This document shows, one piece after another, positions 19,739-29,973 of a DNA stretch of 64,000 bases. The stretch is from Alphaproteobacteria bacterium (GTDB taxonomy: Bacteria > Pseudomonadota > Alphaproteobacteria > CAAGCB01 > CAG-977): NCBI GenBank assembly GCA_024407875.1, contig JAKSVT010000003.1:19563-83562 (forward strand), written 5' to 3'. Position 1 is the first letter of the stretch, and each line of letters opens with the position of its first letter. The translations under genes and the position numbers were made by a program. The notes under the pieces were generated by a model that made no database searches, had not been told where the DNA came from, and saw only the letters and a list, made by a program, of their open reading frames with translations.

Positions 19739-19780
19739 ACAAAATTGGGGTGCAAAGAATGGCACTCCATTTTTGTTTTT
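19739..19780 (+). terminator. Intrinsic terminator closing the AGAA array
   Basis: TGGGGTGC-AAAGAATG-GCACTCCA followed by TTTTTGTTTTT. Confidence 0.8.
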
Positions 19781-19795
19781 GAAATTATGGTAAAT

Positions 19796-19826
19796 AAAAA
19801 ACCCGTCAAAATCTTGACGGGCTTTT
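19796..19826 (-). terminator. rpmB terminator (possibly bidirectional)
   Basis: CCCGTCAA/TTGACGGG stem flanked by A and T tracts. Confidence 0.8.
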
Positions 19827-19845
19827 AAATTCTTCAAACAAGCGA

Positions 19846-20148
19846 TTATTTTGCTTCAGCTGTTTTCTTTTGTGCTGCTGACAAAACGCTCTTCTTTAAG
19901 CATTTTGCATCATAAGACAAGCGGCTGTTTGGTGTGCTGATTAAGAAAGCATCCAATCCACCGTTAGCTTCGATTGTGCGTAATCCACGTGTTGAAACAC
20001 GTAAAGCAACTGTTTTACCGAGAGCTTCACTTAACAATGAAACAACTTGCAAATTTGGTAAAAATCTGCGACGTGTTTTGTTGTTAGCATGAGAAACATT
20101 GTTTCCTGTTTGTACGCCTGTTCCTGTAATAATGCAACGTCTGGACAT
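19846..20148 (-). CDS. rpmB: 50S ribosomal protein L28
   Basis: MSRRCIITG...[20 protein letters not shown], alphaproteobacterial long form. Confidence 0.97.
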   Translation of the reverse strand: MSRRCIITGTGVQTGNNVSHANNKTRRRFLPNLQVVSLLSEALGKTVALRVSTRGLRTIEANGGLDAFLISTPNSRLSYDAKCLKKSVLSAAQKKTAEAK

Positions 20149-20380
20149 ATCTTTAATTCCTTTTAAACAAAATGTTGTACGCGCTTTTTACATTTATTTT
20201 GCGATAAAGTCAAGTAAAAACAATCAATAGAAGGAAAATTATTTTTTCCTTTGTTTGATTTTAAAATTTTTCAATGAGATATAAGCATATATATACTCTA
20301 TATTTAATATTTGTTGAAATTCTAGAAAAATTTGATAAAAATATGTAAATTTTAATTTTTTATTAATAAGGCTAAATGAA

Positions 20381-21541
20381 ATGAAAGTTGGAAGAATTAA
20401 AGTAAGCAATGTAGTACTCCACACATTTATGATGGGACTATGTTTTGGAGTAGGTTGGGAACTTAAAGAAAAGTTGACACCTAAGAGTGATATGTCATGG
20501 GCTTTTCAGACTCCTTACGTTGTAACAGCTCAGGTTGAAACAAAAACCATAGCTCCAGAGAAAAAGTATATTGCTTCTGTTGAAGCTATCAATGGTGTTG
20601 ATGTTAAAGCACAAGTTACAGGCTATTTAGATAAAATCTTATTTACTGAAGGTGCTTATGTTAGAAAAGGTGATGTTCTTTTTGTTATTGAACAATCAAA
20701 ATATATTGAAGCTGTAAATTCTGCTGAAGCTGATGTTGCTCGTATTTCTGCTGACTATAAGCGCGTTTCCAACGATCATAAGAGAAATATGGTTTTATAC
20801 AAACAAGAGGTTTTGACAGCAAGTGAAATTGAAGCTTCCGAATCCGAATTGCAACAAACAAGAGCTGCTTTAAAAGCTGCTCAAGCAGGATTAGAAGTTG
20901 CAAAAATTAACTTAGGCTATACAGAAGTAAAATCTCCAATTAATGGTTATATTGGTAAGGCCTTAATCACAAAAGGAAACTTCGTTGATATGTCAGGAAA
21001 AGCTATGGCAAGAATAGTTCAAATATCACCGATTCGTGTTTCTTTTTCTATTTCTGATCGTGATCGTTTAGAAGCAATCAAAAATATGAAAAATAATAAA
21101 ATTGATATTAAGAAAAATTTTAAAGTTCGTTTGCCTGATAATGAAATTATGCCATTTAATGTAATTGATGTTTTCTTTGATTCTGAAATTAATGCAGCAA
21201 CAGCTACAGTAGCTTCTTATTTGGATGTTGAAAATCCAGATAAATTATTGTTGCCAGGAAACCATGTTGATGCAATTTTAGTTGTTGGTGAAAATAAAGA
21301 TTATTTATTAATTCCTCAAGGAGCTATTGTCCAAGATGAATTAGGAGTTTTCGTTTATAGAGTTGATACAAAGGAAAATGGCAAAAAGGTTGCTGTTAAA
21401 GCTTATATCAAAACTGGAGAACAAATTGACGATAAAATTATCGTAACAGAAGGCTTGAATCCATCTGATAAAATTATTGTTCAAGGTCTTCAAAAAGTTG
21501 ATAACGGTGTTGAAGTTAATACTTCTGACTTAGTTAAGTAA
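20381..21541 (+). CDS. RND efflux periplasmic adaptor (MFP)
   Basis: VDVKAQVTGYL, EGAYVRKGDVLF, LGYTEVKSPING motifs. Confidence 0.92.
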   Translation: MKVGRIKVSNVVLHTFMMGLCFGVGWELKEKLTPKSDMSWAFQTPYVVTAQVETKTIAPEKKYIASVEAINGVDVKAQVTGYLDKILFTEGAYVRKGDVLFVIEQSKYIEAVNSAEADVARISADYKRVSNDHKRNMVLYKQEVLTASEIEASESELQQTRAALKAAQAGLEVAKINLGYTEVKSPINGYIGKALITKGNFVDMSGKAMARIVQISPIRVSFSISDRDRLEAIKNMKNNKIDIKKNFKVRLPDNEIMPFNVIDVFFDSEINAATATVASYLDVENPDKLLLPGNHVDAILVVGENKDYLLIPQGAIVQDELGVFVYRVDTKENGKKVAVKAYIKTGEQIDDKIIVTEGLNPSDKIIVQGLQKVDNGVEVNTSDLVK

Positions 21542-21555
21542 AAGGTTTATTAAAA

Positions 21556-24500
21556 ATGTTTTCTGAATTCTTTTTGAAACGTCCTCGTTTTGCTATAGTT
21601 ATTTCAATTATAATGTGTATTGCTGGTATTGTTTCAATAAAACAATTACCTGTTGCATTATATCCTGAAATTACACCTCCAGTTGTTAAAGTTAGAGCAA
21701 ATTATCCTGGAGCTTCTGCAGATGTTATTGCTAAGACTGTTGCTATTCCTATTGAAAAGGAAGTAAACGGTGTTGAAGATATGTTATACATGGAATCATC
21801 ATCTCAAGATACAGTTTACGAATTAACAGTTACCTTTAAAACAGGTGTTGATCCTGATATGGCTCAAGTTAAGGTTCAAAACCGTGTTCAAATTGCTAGC
21901 GCATCTTTACCTGAAGAAGTTTCTCGTCAAGGTGTTACTGTAACACGTGAATCAACAAATATGTTGGCAATGATTTCATTTGCTTCACCTGATTTAAGTG
22001 TAGATAAATTAAAAATATCAGATTTCGTTATTGATAACGTAAAACAATCCCTTGCTCGTGTTGAAGGTGTTGGTGGTGTTCAAATTTATGCTTCAAACTC
22101 ATCTATGCGTGTTTGGTTAAACTCAGATAAAATGGCTCAATTAGGCTTAACAGCTAGTGATATTCGTGTAGCTATTTCTTCTCAGAACTATCAACCAAGT
22201 TTAGGTAAATTAGGTGCAGCACCAAATGAAAATGCACAAATGATTTATCCTTTAAAAACTTTGGGCCGTATTAATGAGGTTGAAGACTTTAAGAATATTA
22301 TTGTTAGAACAGCTGAACATGGTGGTTTAGTACGTTTAAAAGATATCGCTAGAGTTGAAATCGGTGAAGAAAATTATGGTATTACAGCATATGCAAATAA
22401 TAAAGATGCTGTAGCTCTCATGGTTAACTTATCTTCAGGAGCAAATGCTCTTGATTGTATTAAGAAAGTTCGTAATGAATTAAAACGTTTGGAACAATAT
22501 ATGCCAAAAGGAGTTGAATACCATATCAACTTTGACTCAACTGATTATATTAATGCTTCTATTCATGAAGTTGTTGAAACATTAGTTGAAACATTCTTGT
22601 TGGTTGTTTTAGTTTGTTGGATTTTCTTACAAAACTGGAGAACAACATTAGTTCCATCTATTGCAATTCCTGTATCATTGTTAGCAACATTTGGAGTTAT
22701 GCTTGCTTGTGGCTATTCAATCAATATGTTTACATTATTTGGTTTGGTTTTAGCTATTGGCTCCGTTGTGGACGATGCGATTGTTGTTGTTGAACGTGTT
22801 GCGGTTTTAATGAATGATGAAAATATGGAACCAATGGATGCTACTCGTAAGACAATGAAAGAAGTTTCAGGAGCTTTGGTTGCAACAACTCTTGTTATGG
22901 TTGCTATTTTCGTTCCTATTGCATGTATGGGTGGTATTACTGGTCGTATTTATCAACAATTTGCTATTACAATTTCAACGGCTTTGTGTTTCTCAACATT
23001 AAATGCTCTTACATTATCTCCAGTTTTATGTTCAACAATTTTGAAACGTTATACTGTTCCAAAACATGGACCATTTGCATGGTTTAACTCAATTTTGCAT
23101 AGATCAAACAAATATTATACAAGAGCAACAGCTTTGTTTGCAAGAAAGGTTGCTGTTATTGCAATATTTTTCTTTGTTATTTTAGGTATAAATGGAGCTT
23201 TATTTAAAGTAAGTGGTACATCATTTGTTCCTAATGAAGACCAAGGTGTTTATGTGGTTGATGTTGCTTTGCCAGAAGGTGCTTCTTTCTCAAGAACACG
23301 TGATGCTATACAAAGTATGACAAAAGATATTTTAAAAGATTTCGGTGATAAAGGTGGTGTTAAAGACACTACAACTGTTGCTGGTGTATCTATTATTGGT
23401 GGTAGAGCAGAAAATGCAGGTTTAATTATTGTTGGTTTGAAAAATTGGGAAATTCGTAAATCTCCAGATAAATATTCAACTACAATGATGACACAAAGAT
23501 GTACTCAATTAAAAGCATCTTATCCTGGTGCTAATATCAACTGTTTTGAATTCCCTGCTATTATGGGGTTAGGTAGTCAAGGCGGTATGGATTTTAGATT
23601 ACAAATGGTTGATGGTATGGATTATACCAAATTGGATAATGCAGCTACTAAATTTTTAGGAGCTGTAAATAGTGAATATGCTTATTTCAAATATGGATTT
23701 ACAACATTTACATCTAAGACTCCAGCAATGTACATTGAAATTAACCGTGAAAAAGCTGAAGCTTTGAATGTTCCAGTTGGAACAATTTATTCAACTTTAG
23801 AAGCTTATTTAGGTTCTATGTACGTAAATGATATTAACTTTGGTACTCAAGTAAATAAGGTTGTTGTTCAATCTGATGCTTTATTCCGTGATAATGTAGA
23901 TAGTTTAAATAAGATTTATGTTCAATCTACAAGTGGACAAGAGGTGCCATTAGGTTCATTAATTTCATTAAGAAAAGTAATGTCTCCTCGTGTTATTACT
24001 CGTTATAACCAATTTCCTAGTGCAACAATTAATGCAATGCAAAGTGATTCTGTTTCATCAGGTGAAGCTATGAGCAAAATGGAAAGTTTAATGAAAATGT
24101 TCCATGGTGACTTTACATTCGATTGGTCAAGTATGAGTTGGCAAGAAAAGAATAACCAAGGACAAATTATTATATTGGTAACTTTGGCAGTTTTGTTTGC
24201 TTACTTGTTCTTGGTTGCACAGTATGAAAGTTGGACGTTGCCATTATCTGTTTTGATGTCAGTTTCTGTTGCATCTGCAGGTGCTTTAGCAGGTTTAATT
24301 TTTACAGGTTTGCCATTATCAATTTATTCTCAATTAGGAATTGTTTTGTTAGTTGGTCTAGCTTCTAAGAATGCTATTTTAATTGTTGAATTTGCACGTG
24401 ATGCTCATAGTACAAAATCAATAGCTGCATCTGCTATATATGCATTAAAAGAACGTTTTCGTCCTGTATTGATGACAGCTTTAACATTCGTTTTAGGTGT

Positions 24501-24678
24501 ATGGCCTATGTTGATTGCTAATGGAGCTGGTGCAAACAGCCGTCGAGCAATTGGCACACCAGTATTTTGGGGAATGTTATTTGGTACTTTTATCGGATTG
24601 TTTATAATTCCATTACTTTATGTTTTAGTTCAAACATTAACTGAAAAATTCAGTAAAAAGAATGTATCTAATAAGTAG
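21556..24678 (+). CDS. RND efflux permease (HAE1, AcrB/BepE-like)
   Basis: 1040 aa; LAIGSVVDDAIVVVE, GLASKNAILIVEF, RFRPVLMT motifs. Confidence 0.95.
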   Translation: MFSEFFLKRPRFAIVISIIMCIAGIVSIKQLPVALYPEITPPVVKVRANYPGASADVIAKTVAIPIEKEVNGVEDMLYMESSSQDTVYELTVTFKTGVDPDMAQVKVQNRVQIASASLPEEVSRQGVTVTRESTNMLAMISFASPDLSVDKLKISDFVIDNVKQSLARVEGVGGVQIYASNSSMRVWLNSDKMAQLGLTASDIRVAISSQNYQPSLGKLGAAPNENAQMIYPLKTLGRINEVEDFKNIIVRTAEHGGLVRLKDIARVEIGEENYGITAYANNKDAVALMVNLSSGANALDCIKKVRNELKRLEQYMPKGVEYHINFDSTDYINASIHEVVETLVETFLLVVLVCWIFLQNWRTTLVPSIAIPVSLLATFGVMLACGYSINMFTLFGLVLAIGSVVDDAIVVVERVAVLMNDENMEPMDATRKTMKEVSGALVATTLVMVAIFVPIACMGGITGRIYQQFAITISTALCFSTLNALTLSPVLCSTILKRYTVPKHGPFAWFNSILHRSNKYYTRATALFARKVAVIAIFFFVILGINGALFKVSGTSFVPNEDQGVYVVDVALPEGASFSRTRDAIQSMTKDILKDFGDKGGVKDTTTVAGVSIIGGRAENAGLIIVGLKNWEIRKSPDKYSTTMMTQRCTQLKASYPGANINCFEFPAIMGLGSQGGMDFRLQMVDGMDYTKLDNAATKFLGAVNSEYAYFKYGFTTFTSKTPAMYIEINREKAEALNVPVGTIYSTLEAYLGSMYVNDINFGTQVNKVVVQSDALFRDNVDSLNKIYVQSTSGQEVPLGSLISLRKVMSPRVITRYNQFPSATINAMQSDSVSSGEAMSKMESLMKMFHGDFTFDWSSMSWQEKNNQGQIIILVTLAVLFAYLFLVAQYESWTLPLSVLMSVSVASAGALAGLIFTGLPLSIYSQLGIVLLVGLASKNAILIVEFARDAHSTKSIAASAIYALKERFRPVLMTALTFVLGVWPMLIANGAGANSRRAIGTPVFWGMLFGTFIGLFIIPLLYVLVQTLTEKFSKKNVSNK

Positions 24679-24691
24679 AAGGATGAATAAA

Positions 24692-26245
24692 ATGTATGAT
24701 TTAAGAAAATTTAGCGTTGCATTGGGTACATTACTTTTAATAACTTCAGGAGCTTATGCAGAAGAAAATTCTGATAATGCTCAGGCTAGTGAGCAATCCC
24801 AAGCTGTTGAACAAAATCAGGTTGAACAAAATCAAACAGCTATTCAAGAACAAAAAGAAGCTAATGCTAATAATGAAACAGTAGAAGCTAGTAAGGAAGA
24901 AGATAAGACACAAGACCAACCTGTTAAAGAGGAAAAATCTTCTGAATTAAAACGTCCAGGGCAATGGGGTGATTGTGAATTTGATATAAATAAAAAATTG
25001 ACTTTAGAAGATTTAAGATCAATAGGAATTTGTAAAAACCCTGATTTAAGAAGAGGGTATATGTCTGCAAAAGCTGCAGAATCTCAAGTGGGGTCTGCTA
25101 GAGCTGCATATTTTCCAACTTTAAATTTAAATGCTGAAGCAGGTGCTTCTCATTATAAAGGTCAATTTAGATCAGATGAAGCAAATATACAAAAAGATTC
25201 TAAGGCAAAACCTTATTCCGTTAATTTGGCTTTACATTGGATGTTAATTGATTTTGGACGTGGATCTAAAGTTGATATGTATAAGGCTTATAAGGAAGTT
25301 TCTCGTTATGGATTTAATTCAGTTTGGAATGATACTCTTCTCGGAATTAATGGAGCTTATTTAGATTTATTAAGTGCTCAAGAAACTCTTGAAAGCGCAA
25401 AGAAAACTGTTGAAGCATATAAAGAATTCTATGAAGAAACAGAAAAGAAATTTAATGTTGGTAAAGCTAATAAATCTGATTTATTGCTAGCTAAAACCAC
25501 ATATTTAAAATCTCAATTGCAAGTAACTTCTACAGAAAATACTATTGAAAAGAATAGGGCTAATTTAGCAAGACTTTTGAATATGGATCCTGATACTAAA
25601 TTTGAATTAGAAGTTCCTGAAAAGACAGAAGAAAGTATATCTTTAAATGAAGAAACAACTATTAGTGATTACATTAAAATTGCTTTAGAAAATAGACCTG
25701 AATTACAATCTTCTAAACAACAAGAATATGCTACAGAAAAAGCAATTGGTGCAGCAAAGGCAAATTTTGGCCCGACATTAGCTTTTGTAGGAAAAGCATC
25801 TTATTCAGATAGATGGAAAGATAATAAGCCATTTAAAGAAGATGGATATCCTTGGAAAAAAGAAGGCTATGTAGGATTAGCATTAGATATGCCTTTGTTT
25901 AATGGTTTGTCTGATATGTATAATGTTCAAAAAGCTAAATATGAGAACCGTGCAGCCAAAGCTAATATAAAGAGCACTGAAGATATGGTTAAATCTGAAG
26001 TTTGGGATGCATATCAAGACTATAAAACAGCTTTAGAATCATTCAGAATTAACGGCGATGTTTTAGCTTCTGCTGTAGAAAATGAACGTGTATCTCACGT
26101 TTCATATAGAGCGGGTAAAGAAACATTGTTGAATTTGCTTACAATTCAAGCAAGAAAATCAGAAGCAGAAATTGGCTTGATTGTTTCTTTTTATGGCGTT
26201 TTGTATGCAAAAGCTAATTTATACAGAGCTGTAGGAAATATGTAA
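24692..26245 (+). CDS. TolC-family outer membrane efflux protein
   Basis: Signal peptide, NPDL/YFPTL and NRPEL/FGPTL repeats; start chosen by the AGAAGGA SD (ORF open from 24662). Confidence 0.88.
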   Translation: MYDLRKFSVALGTLLLITSGAYAEENSDNAQASEQSQAVEQNQVEQNQTAIQEQKEANANNETVEASKEEDKTQDQPVKEEKSSELKRPGQWGDCEFDINKKLTLEDLRSIGICKNPDLRRGYMSAKAAESQVGSARAAYFPTLNLNAEAGASHYKGQFRSDEANIQKDSKAKPYSVNLALHWMLIDFGRGSKVDMYKAYKEVSRYGFNSVWNDTLLGINGAYLDLLSAQETLESAKKTVEAYKEFYEETEKKFNVGKANKSDLLLAKTTYLKSQLQVTSTENTIEKNRANLARLLNMDPDTKFELEVPEKTEESISLNEETTISDYIKIALENRPELQSSKQQEYATEKAIGAAKANFGPTLAFVGKASYSDRWKDNKPFKEDGYPWKKEGYVGLALDMPLFNGLSDMYNVQKAKYENRAAKANIKSTEDMVKSEVWDAYQDYKTALESFRINGDVLASAVENERVSHVSYRAGKETLLNLLTIQARKSEAEIGLIVSFYGVLYAKANLYRAVGNM

Positions 26246-26270
26246 TTTTCTATTAAAAATTTAAATTTTA

Positions 26271-26310
26271 AAAAAATAGAGGATATTCTTTGAGTATTCT
26301 CTGTTTTTTT
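26271..26310 (+). terminator. Terminator after the efflux operon
   Basis: AAAAAATAGAGGATATTC/GAGTATTCTCTGTTTTTT hairpin with G-U pairs and T tract. Confidence 0.7.
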
Positions 26311-26405
26311 ATAGTTTTTTATATTATTTTTGCGAAAAAATATAGACAAAATGGAAAAATAAGAGTAGAAATAAATTAAAATATATATTTTAAGGTAGGC
26401 TAGCT

Positions 26406-27527
26406 ATGTCATTTTTATCAGATATATTCTCAAAAAAGAAAGAAGTTAATGAACAACCGATTACATTAACTAGAGAAGATTTAGAAAATAAATTGGTTGT
26501 TGATTATCAACAAGAATATGTTGCTGGATATCGTTCTTTTGTAAGATGTCAACGTAGAGATGCAAATGAAGAGGAAGCTAAGGAGTTAAAACAGGTTTTT
26601 GATTTAATTTCCTCTGTTCCAGAAGGTAAGAAGCTTATTGATGAAGTTGCTAAAGCAGGTTTCCAATTTTCATTACAGGCATTTAGTGGAAATAATGATG
26701 GGTGTATGTATGGCCAAAGAAAATTGATTATGCTTTGCCCTGTAAATCATAATAGCATTGCAAGTCTTGCAACTACAGCTTTTCATGAAATGGTTCACGC
26801 TGTCCAAGATACAAGAACAAATCAATTACTAAGTAATTCTTCAAAATTAAATATAGCTGATCAATTTAAATTTCAAAGAGCTTGTGAAGCTGCCGCTTGG
26901 ACAGAAGAAGCTAGATTTGCATATCAAATATCAAAGGATCATCCTGAAGTATTGAAACATGTTTCTCAATTTCCTATGTATCAAGCATTTGATGAAGAAA
27001 TGAAAAAATCAAATGATATGGATAAAGCAGGAAATGCAGCATTTAAAGCTTGGTATAATTATCCTCATTATCAACAAGCTTATGAAAAAGATCATATTGC
27101 AAATATCACTTTTGGTTTAAAAAATGCAGAGAACGCTTATAATAGAAAGTGCTTAAGAGAATCAATTTCAAATGAACAAGTAATGGATAGTATTTTCTTA
27201 ACAGATAGTTTGAAAAAAGCCGTTGAGCCTGAATATTTAACAAGTCCAGAAGCTTTATCAATCACTCCAGCAGGACTAGACAGAATTAAAAAAGCTGAAA
27301 GCAAATACACATCTATTTTCTTTTTTAAAGATAATGATAAATCTTATATGAGTATGTATTCTACAGAAAATAAAAAGAGATTTGATGATGTTGAAAATGA
27401 TCCGAGCGCTATGTTATGTGCAAGTCATAATTCTTTGCAATCAAAATTAAACGCTACTGCTTCTTCTAAACAAGAAACTAAAAAGAACTTAGTTCAAAAA
27501 GCTCTTATTAATAATATGGGAAGATAA
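26406..27527 (+). CDS. Putative zinc metallopeptidase (HExxH, DUF6782-like)
   Basis: HEMVH, downstream RACEAAA, AWY motif; no signal peptide. Confidence 0.65.
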   Translation: MSFLSDIFSKKKEVNEQPITLTREDLENKLVVDYQQEYVAGYRSFVRCQRRDANEEEAKELKQVFDLISSVPEGKKLIDEVAKAGFQFSLQAFSGNNDGCMYGQRKLIMLCPVNHNSIASLATTAFHEMVHAVQDTRTNQLLSNSSKLNIADQFKFQRACEAAAWTEEARFAYQISKDHPEVLKHVSQFPMYQAFDEEMKKSNDMDKAGNAAFKAWYNYPHYQQAYEKDHIANITFGLKNAENAYNRKCLRESISNEQVMDSIFLTDSLKKAVEPEYLTSPEALSITPAGLDRIKKAESKYTSIFFFKDNDKSYMSMYSTENKKRFDDVENDPSAMLCASHNSLQSKLNATASSKQETKKNLVQKALINNMGR

Positions 27528-27543
27528 GATTTAAAGGTGTATT

Positions 27544-28944
27544 ATGGGAGCTTTATCAGACGCTTATTTGGAAGCCTTAAAACCAAAAGAAGTTGCAAAA
27601 TCTTGGGAAATTGAAGGCATCGAAGTAGTTTGTAAACAATCAGATTATGAAATGATGGAAAAAATTGTTCAATCAATGAATTCCATTCCTACTGGGCGTG
27701 AAACATTAAATGAAATGAGAAAATATGAAACACCTCTACATTTAATGGACGATATGGGTACATCTGCAGGATGTTATTATCCAGGACAAAATAAAATTGC
27801 TTTAAATAAATCAACAGGCGTTGATAAAATGCGTGGATGCTTAGTACATGAAGCGCGCCATTTGTGGCAAGACCATGCTGGTCGTGGTGCTTATGAAAAT
27901 CAAAATTTAGATTATGAAACCACACAAATGATTTATCGTGCAACAGAAGCTGATGCACAATCACAGTCATATAAAGCATGTAATGAATGGGCTGAATTGG
28001 GAGATGAAGGACCAAAGAAAGCTTTTGCTGATCGTTATACTCAAATTGCTAGTGGATGGGAAAAAGAAGGTATAGCTGGAGCATATAAAGGCTGGTATGA
28101 TGATGAAAGAATTACAGCAGCCTATGAAAATGGATATGATATAGAGCCTGCAATTTATGCTTTAACTCATAACCAATATCAAAAAGGCAATTTTGTACAT
28201 GGAACTCCTTCACAAGTTAAAGCTTTTTGTGGTGGTGATAAAGTTCCTAATTTTGAAGAGTTTGTATCATCTGATTACGCTAAACAAATTCATAAAATCA
28301 CACAAGCTATATTAGGCGTTTATAATGTTGGTCAAGCTTCATTTGGTAATAATTGTGATGAAACTGTAGAAAAAATGCCTTTGCGTAAGTTGGAAGAAAA
28401 TACAGCTGATCAAATGTATAGTGATAAATATATTACTCAAACACGTGAAAATATTGCTAAAAAATGTTCTTTTGCTCCTAGAGAAGATAAGCCTATTTAT
28501 ATGTCAATCTTAAGAACAATTAGTGCTGCAGAAAAAGTTGCTAATGCTGACAAAAAAGGCGAAAAGGATTTAGATGCAGAACAAGATATTCAAGATGAAA
28601 AACTATATTTGTTTATGGCTAAAAGAATAAAAATAGGATTAAATCCTGATGGCCTTGATAAATTTGAATTGCCTGCTAGAGTTTTTGATAGACTTAAAAC
28701 AGATTCAAAAAGTCTATATACATATGATATTAAATATGATGTTAATGATGATGCTATTGATAGTATCAAAAAGGATATGAGCAAATTAAATTATAAAACA
28801 ATAATAGAGCGTTCTAGTGAGGAACCTAAAGTTCAAAATGCTCCAAAAGAATCTTTGTTGCAAAAATCTTTGAAAAATATTCCTGAAAGAAATGATATAA
28901 AAGATTGTGTTGCAAAATATATTTCTAAAAATAGAGAAAGATAG
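27544..28944 (+). CDS. Putative zinc metallopeptidase (HExxH, DUF6782-like)
   Basis: G.Y...N.I.LN, HEARH, RATEADA, GWY motifs. Confidence 0.65.
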   Translation: MGALSDAYLEALKPKEVAKSWEIEGIEVVCKQSDYEMMEKIVQSMNSIPTGRETLNEMRKYETPLHLMDDMGTSAGCYYPGQNKIALNKSTGVDKMRGCLVHEARHLWQDHAGRGAYENQNLDYETTQMIYRATEADAQSQSYKACNEWAELGDEGPKKAFADRYTQIASGWEKEGIAGAYKGWYDDERITAAYENGYDIEPAIYALTHNQYQKGNFVHGTPSQVKAFCGGDKVPNFEEFVSSDYAKQIHKITQAILGVYNVGQASFGNNCDETVEKMPLRKLEENTADQMYSDKYITQTRENIAKKCSFAPREDKPIYMSILRTISAAEKVANADKKGEKDLDAEQDIQDEKLYLFMAKRIKIGLNPDGLDKFELPARVFDRLKTDSKSLYTYDIKYDVNDDAIDSIKKDMSKLNYKTIIERSSEEPKVQNAPKESLLQKSLKNIPERNDIKDCVAKYISKNRER

Positions 28945-28962
28945 ATTTTTAATGAACAAATT

Positions 28963-28989
28963 TTAAAGGAGCCTAAATGGCACCTTTAA
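28963..28989. terminator. Probable terminator between convergent genes
   Basis: TTAAAGGAGCC/GGCACCTTTAA imperfect hairpin. Confidence 0.5.
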
Positions 28990-29169
28990 TTTTAAAATTT
29001 AAGGAAATGTGTAAAATAACGCTTTGAAGCCTTATATTAAAGAGTGCTATAACAAACTTCAACTACTGGGACAAGCTCTTCATAGAAAGGCCATGAATTT
29101 ATTTAAGCAATATTTGATGGAATCCCTTCTCAATTGTCTCATAGTGAAAAGAAATATAGAATTTCATCA

Positions 29170-29841
29170 TTAGATAAATTTTTTTGATTTTATTTGTGAA
29201 AAATAATATTCAATTGAAGCAAAAAAAATCAATATATATCCTTCTAATTCAATAGCTTCTTCAATCATTCTTCGTACAGTGCTAATTTCTGAATATGTTC
29301 CCAAAATTGCCATTATAAAATTTTTATGCCCAATAGCTTGTGCAATAGGAATTATTAAAATTATAGCAGTCATCATAAGATTATAAGAAAAAGATTTAAA
29401 AAATTTTGAAAGACTACGTCTAAATTGTTTCGGATATTTGATAATATATCCAAAAACAAAGGAAGGAAAAATCCATCCAAATTTCCATCCTATTAAAGGA
29501 ATTAAATCATCAAAATAAGCATCTAATTCACGTACAATTGCAATTAAAGTAAATGATCCTAGTAGTATTGATAATTCAAAATTTTTTGGAAATTTATAGC
29601 CTAAAAAAAAGAATATTAATGTGGATAAAATTAAAAATAAAATTTGTAAGTTTTCAATAATTTGATGTTCATCAAATAAATTTTGATGATAAAAATCACC
29701 CATTTTCCACATTATTAAAATGTTGAATATTAAAAAAATAATATAAATAAATTGACGCAATAAACTTAAGCAGATTTCATTTTCTGTTTTTATAAAATAT
29801 TTAATTTCGTTGAAAAAAGACGATATTATTAACTTTTTCAT
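29170..29841 (-). CDS. Hypothetical polytopic membrane protein
   Basis: About six hydrophobic segments with IENLQ, RELD and EEAIEL charged motifs; very low GC. Confidence 0.7.
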   Translation of the reverse strand: MKKLIISSFFNEIKYFIKTENEICLSLLRQFIYIIFLIFNILIMWKMGDFYHQNLFDEHQIIENLQILFLILSTLIFFFLGYKFPKNFELSILLGSFTLIAIVRELDAYFDDLIPLIGWKFGWIFPSFVFGYIIKYPKQFRRSLSKFFKSFSYNLMMTAIILIIPIAQAIGHKNFIMAILGTYSEISTVRRMIEEAIELEGYILIFFASIEYYFSQIKSKKFI

Positions 29842-29973
29842 AAGTTGATACTTTCAAAAATAACATTAACAGAAATTGAATATGCTATAAAAGGCGATAC
29901 TATAAAAGACGTAATAAAATACTAAGATTTAAATGTCTATTCACAATCTTTATTATATAGAATATTTTAGAGT

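Larger units (their letters stand above)
19445..19780 (+). ncRNA. Candidate multi-hairpin sponge RNA (or structured flgE 3' UTR) with repeated AGAA(U/A) loops
   Basis: 19 AGAA motifs in ~315 nt, most in hairpin loops; G-U pairs favour the + strand; ends in an intrinsic terminator. Confidence 0.7.

Noticed and set aside
19445-19780. CRISPR array or REP/MITE interpretation of the repeat region
   Set aside because: No constant-length repeats with unique spacers, no cas genes and no terminal inverted repeats; only the loop motif is conserved.
19655-19837. 60-aa minus-strand ORF
   Set aside because: It crosses two terminators and the hairpin array, has a TTG start and no recognisable protein features.
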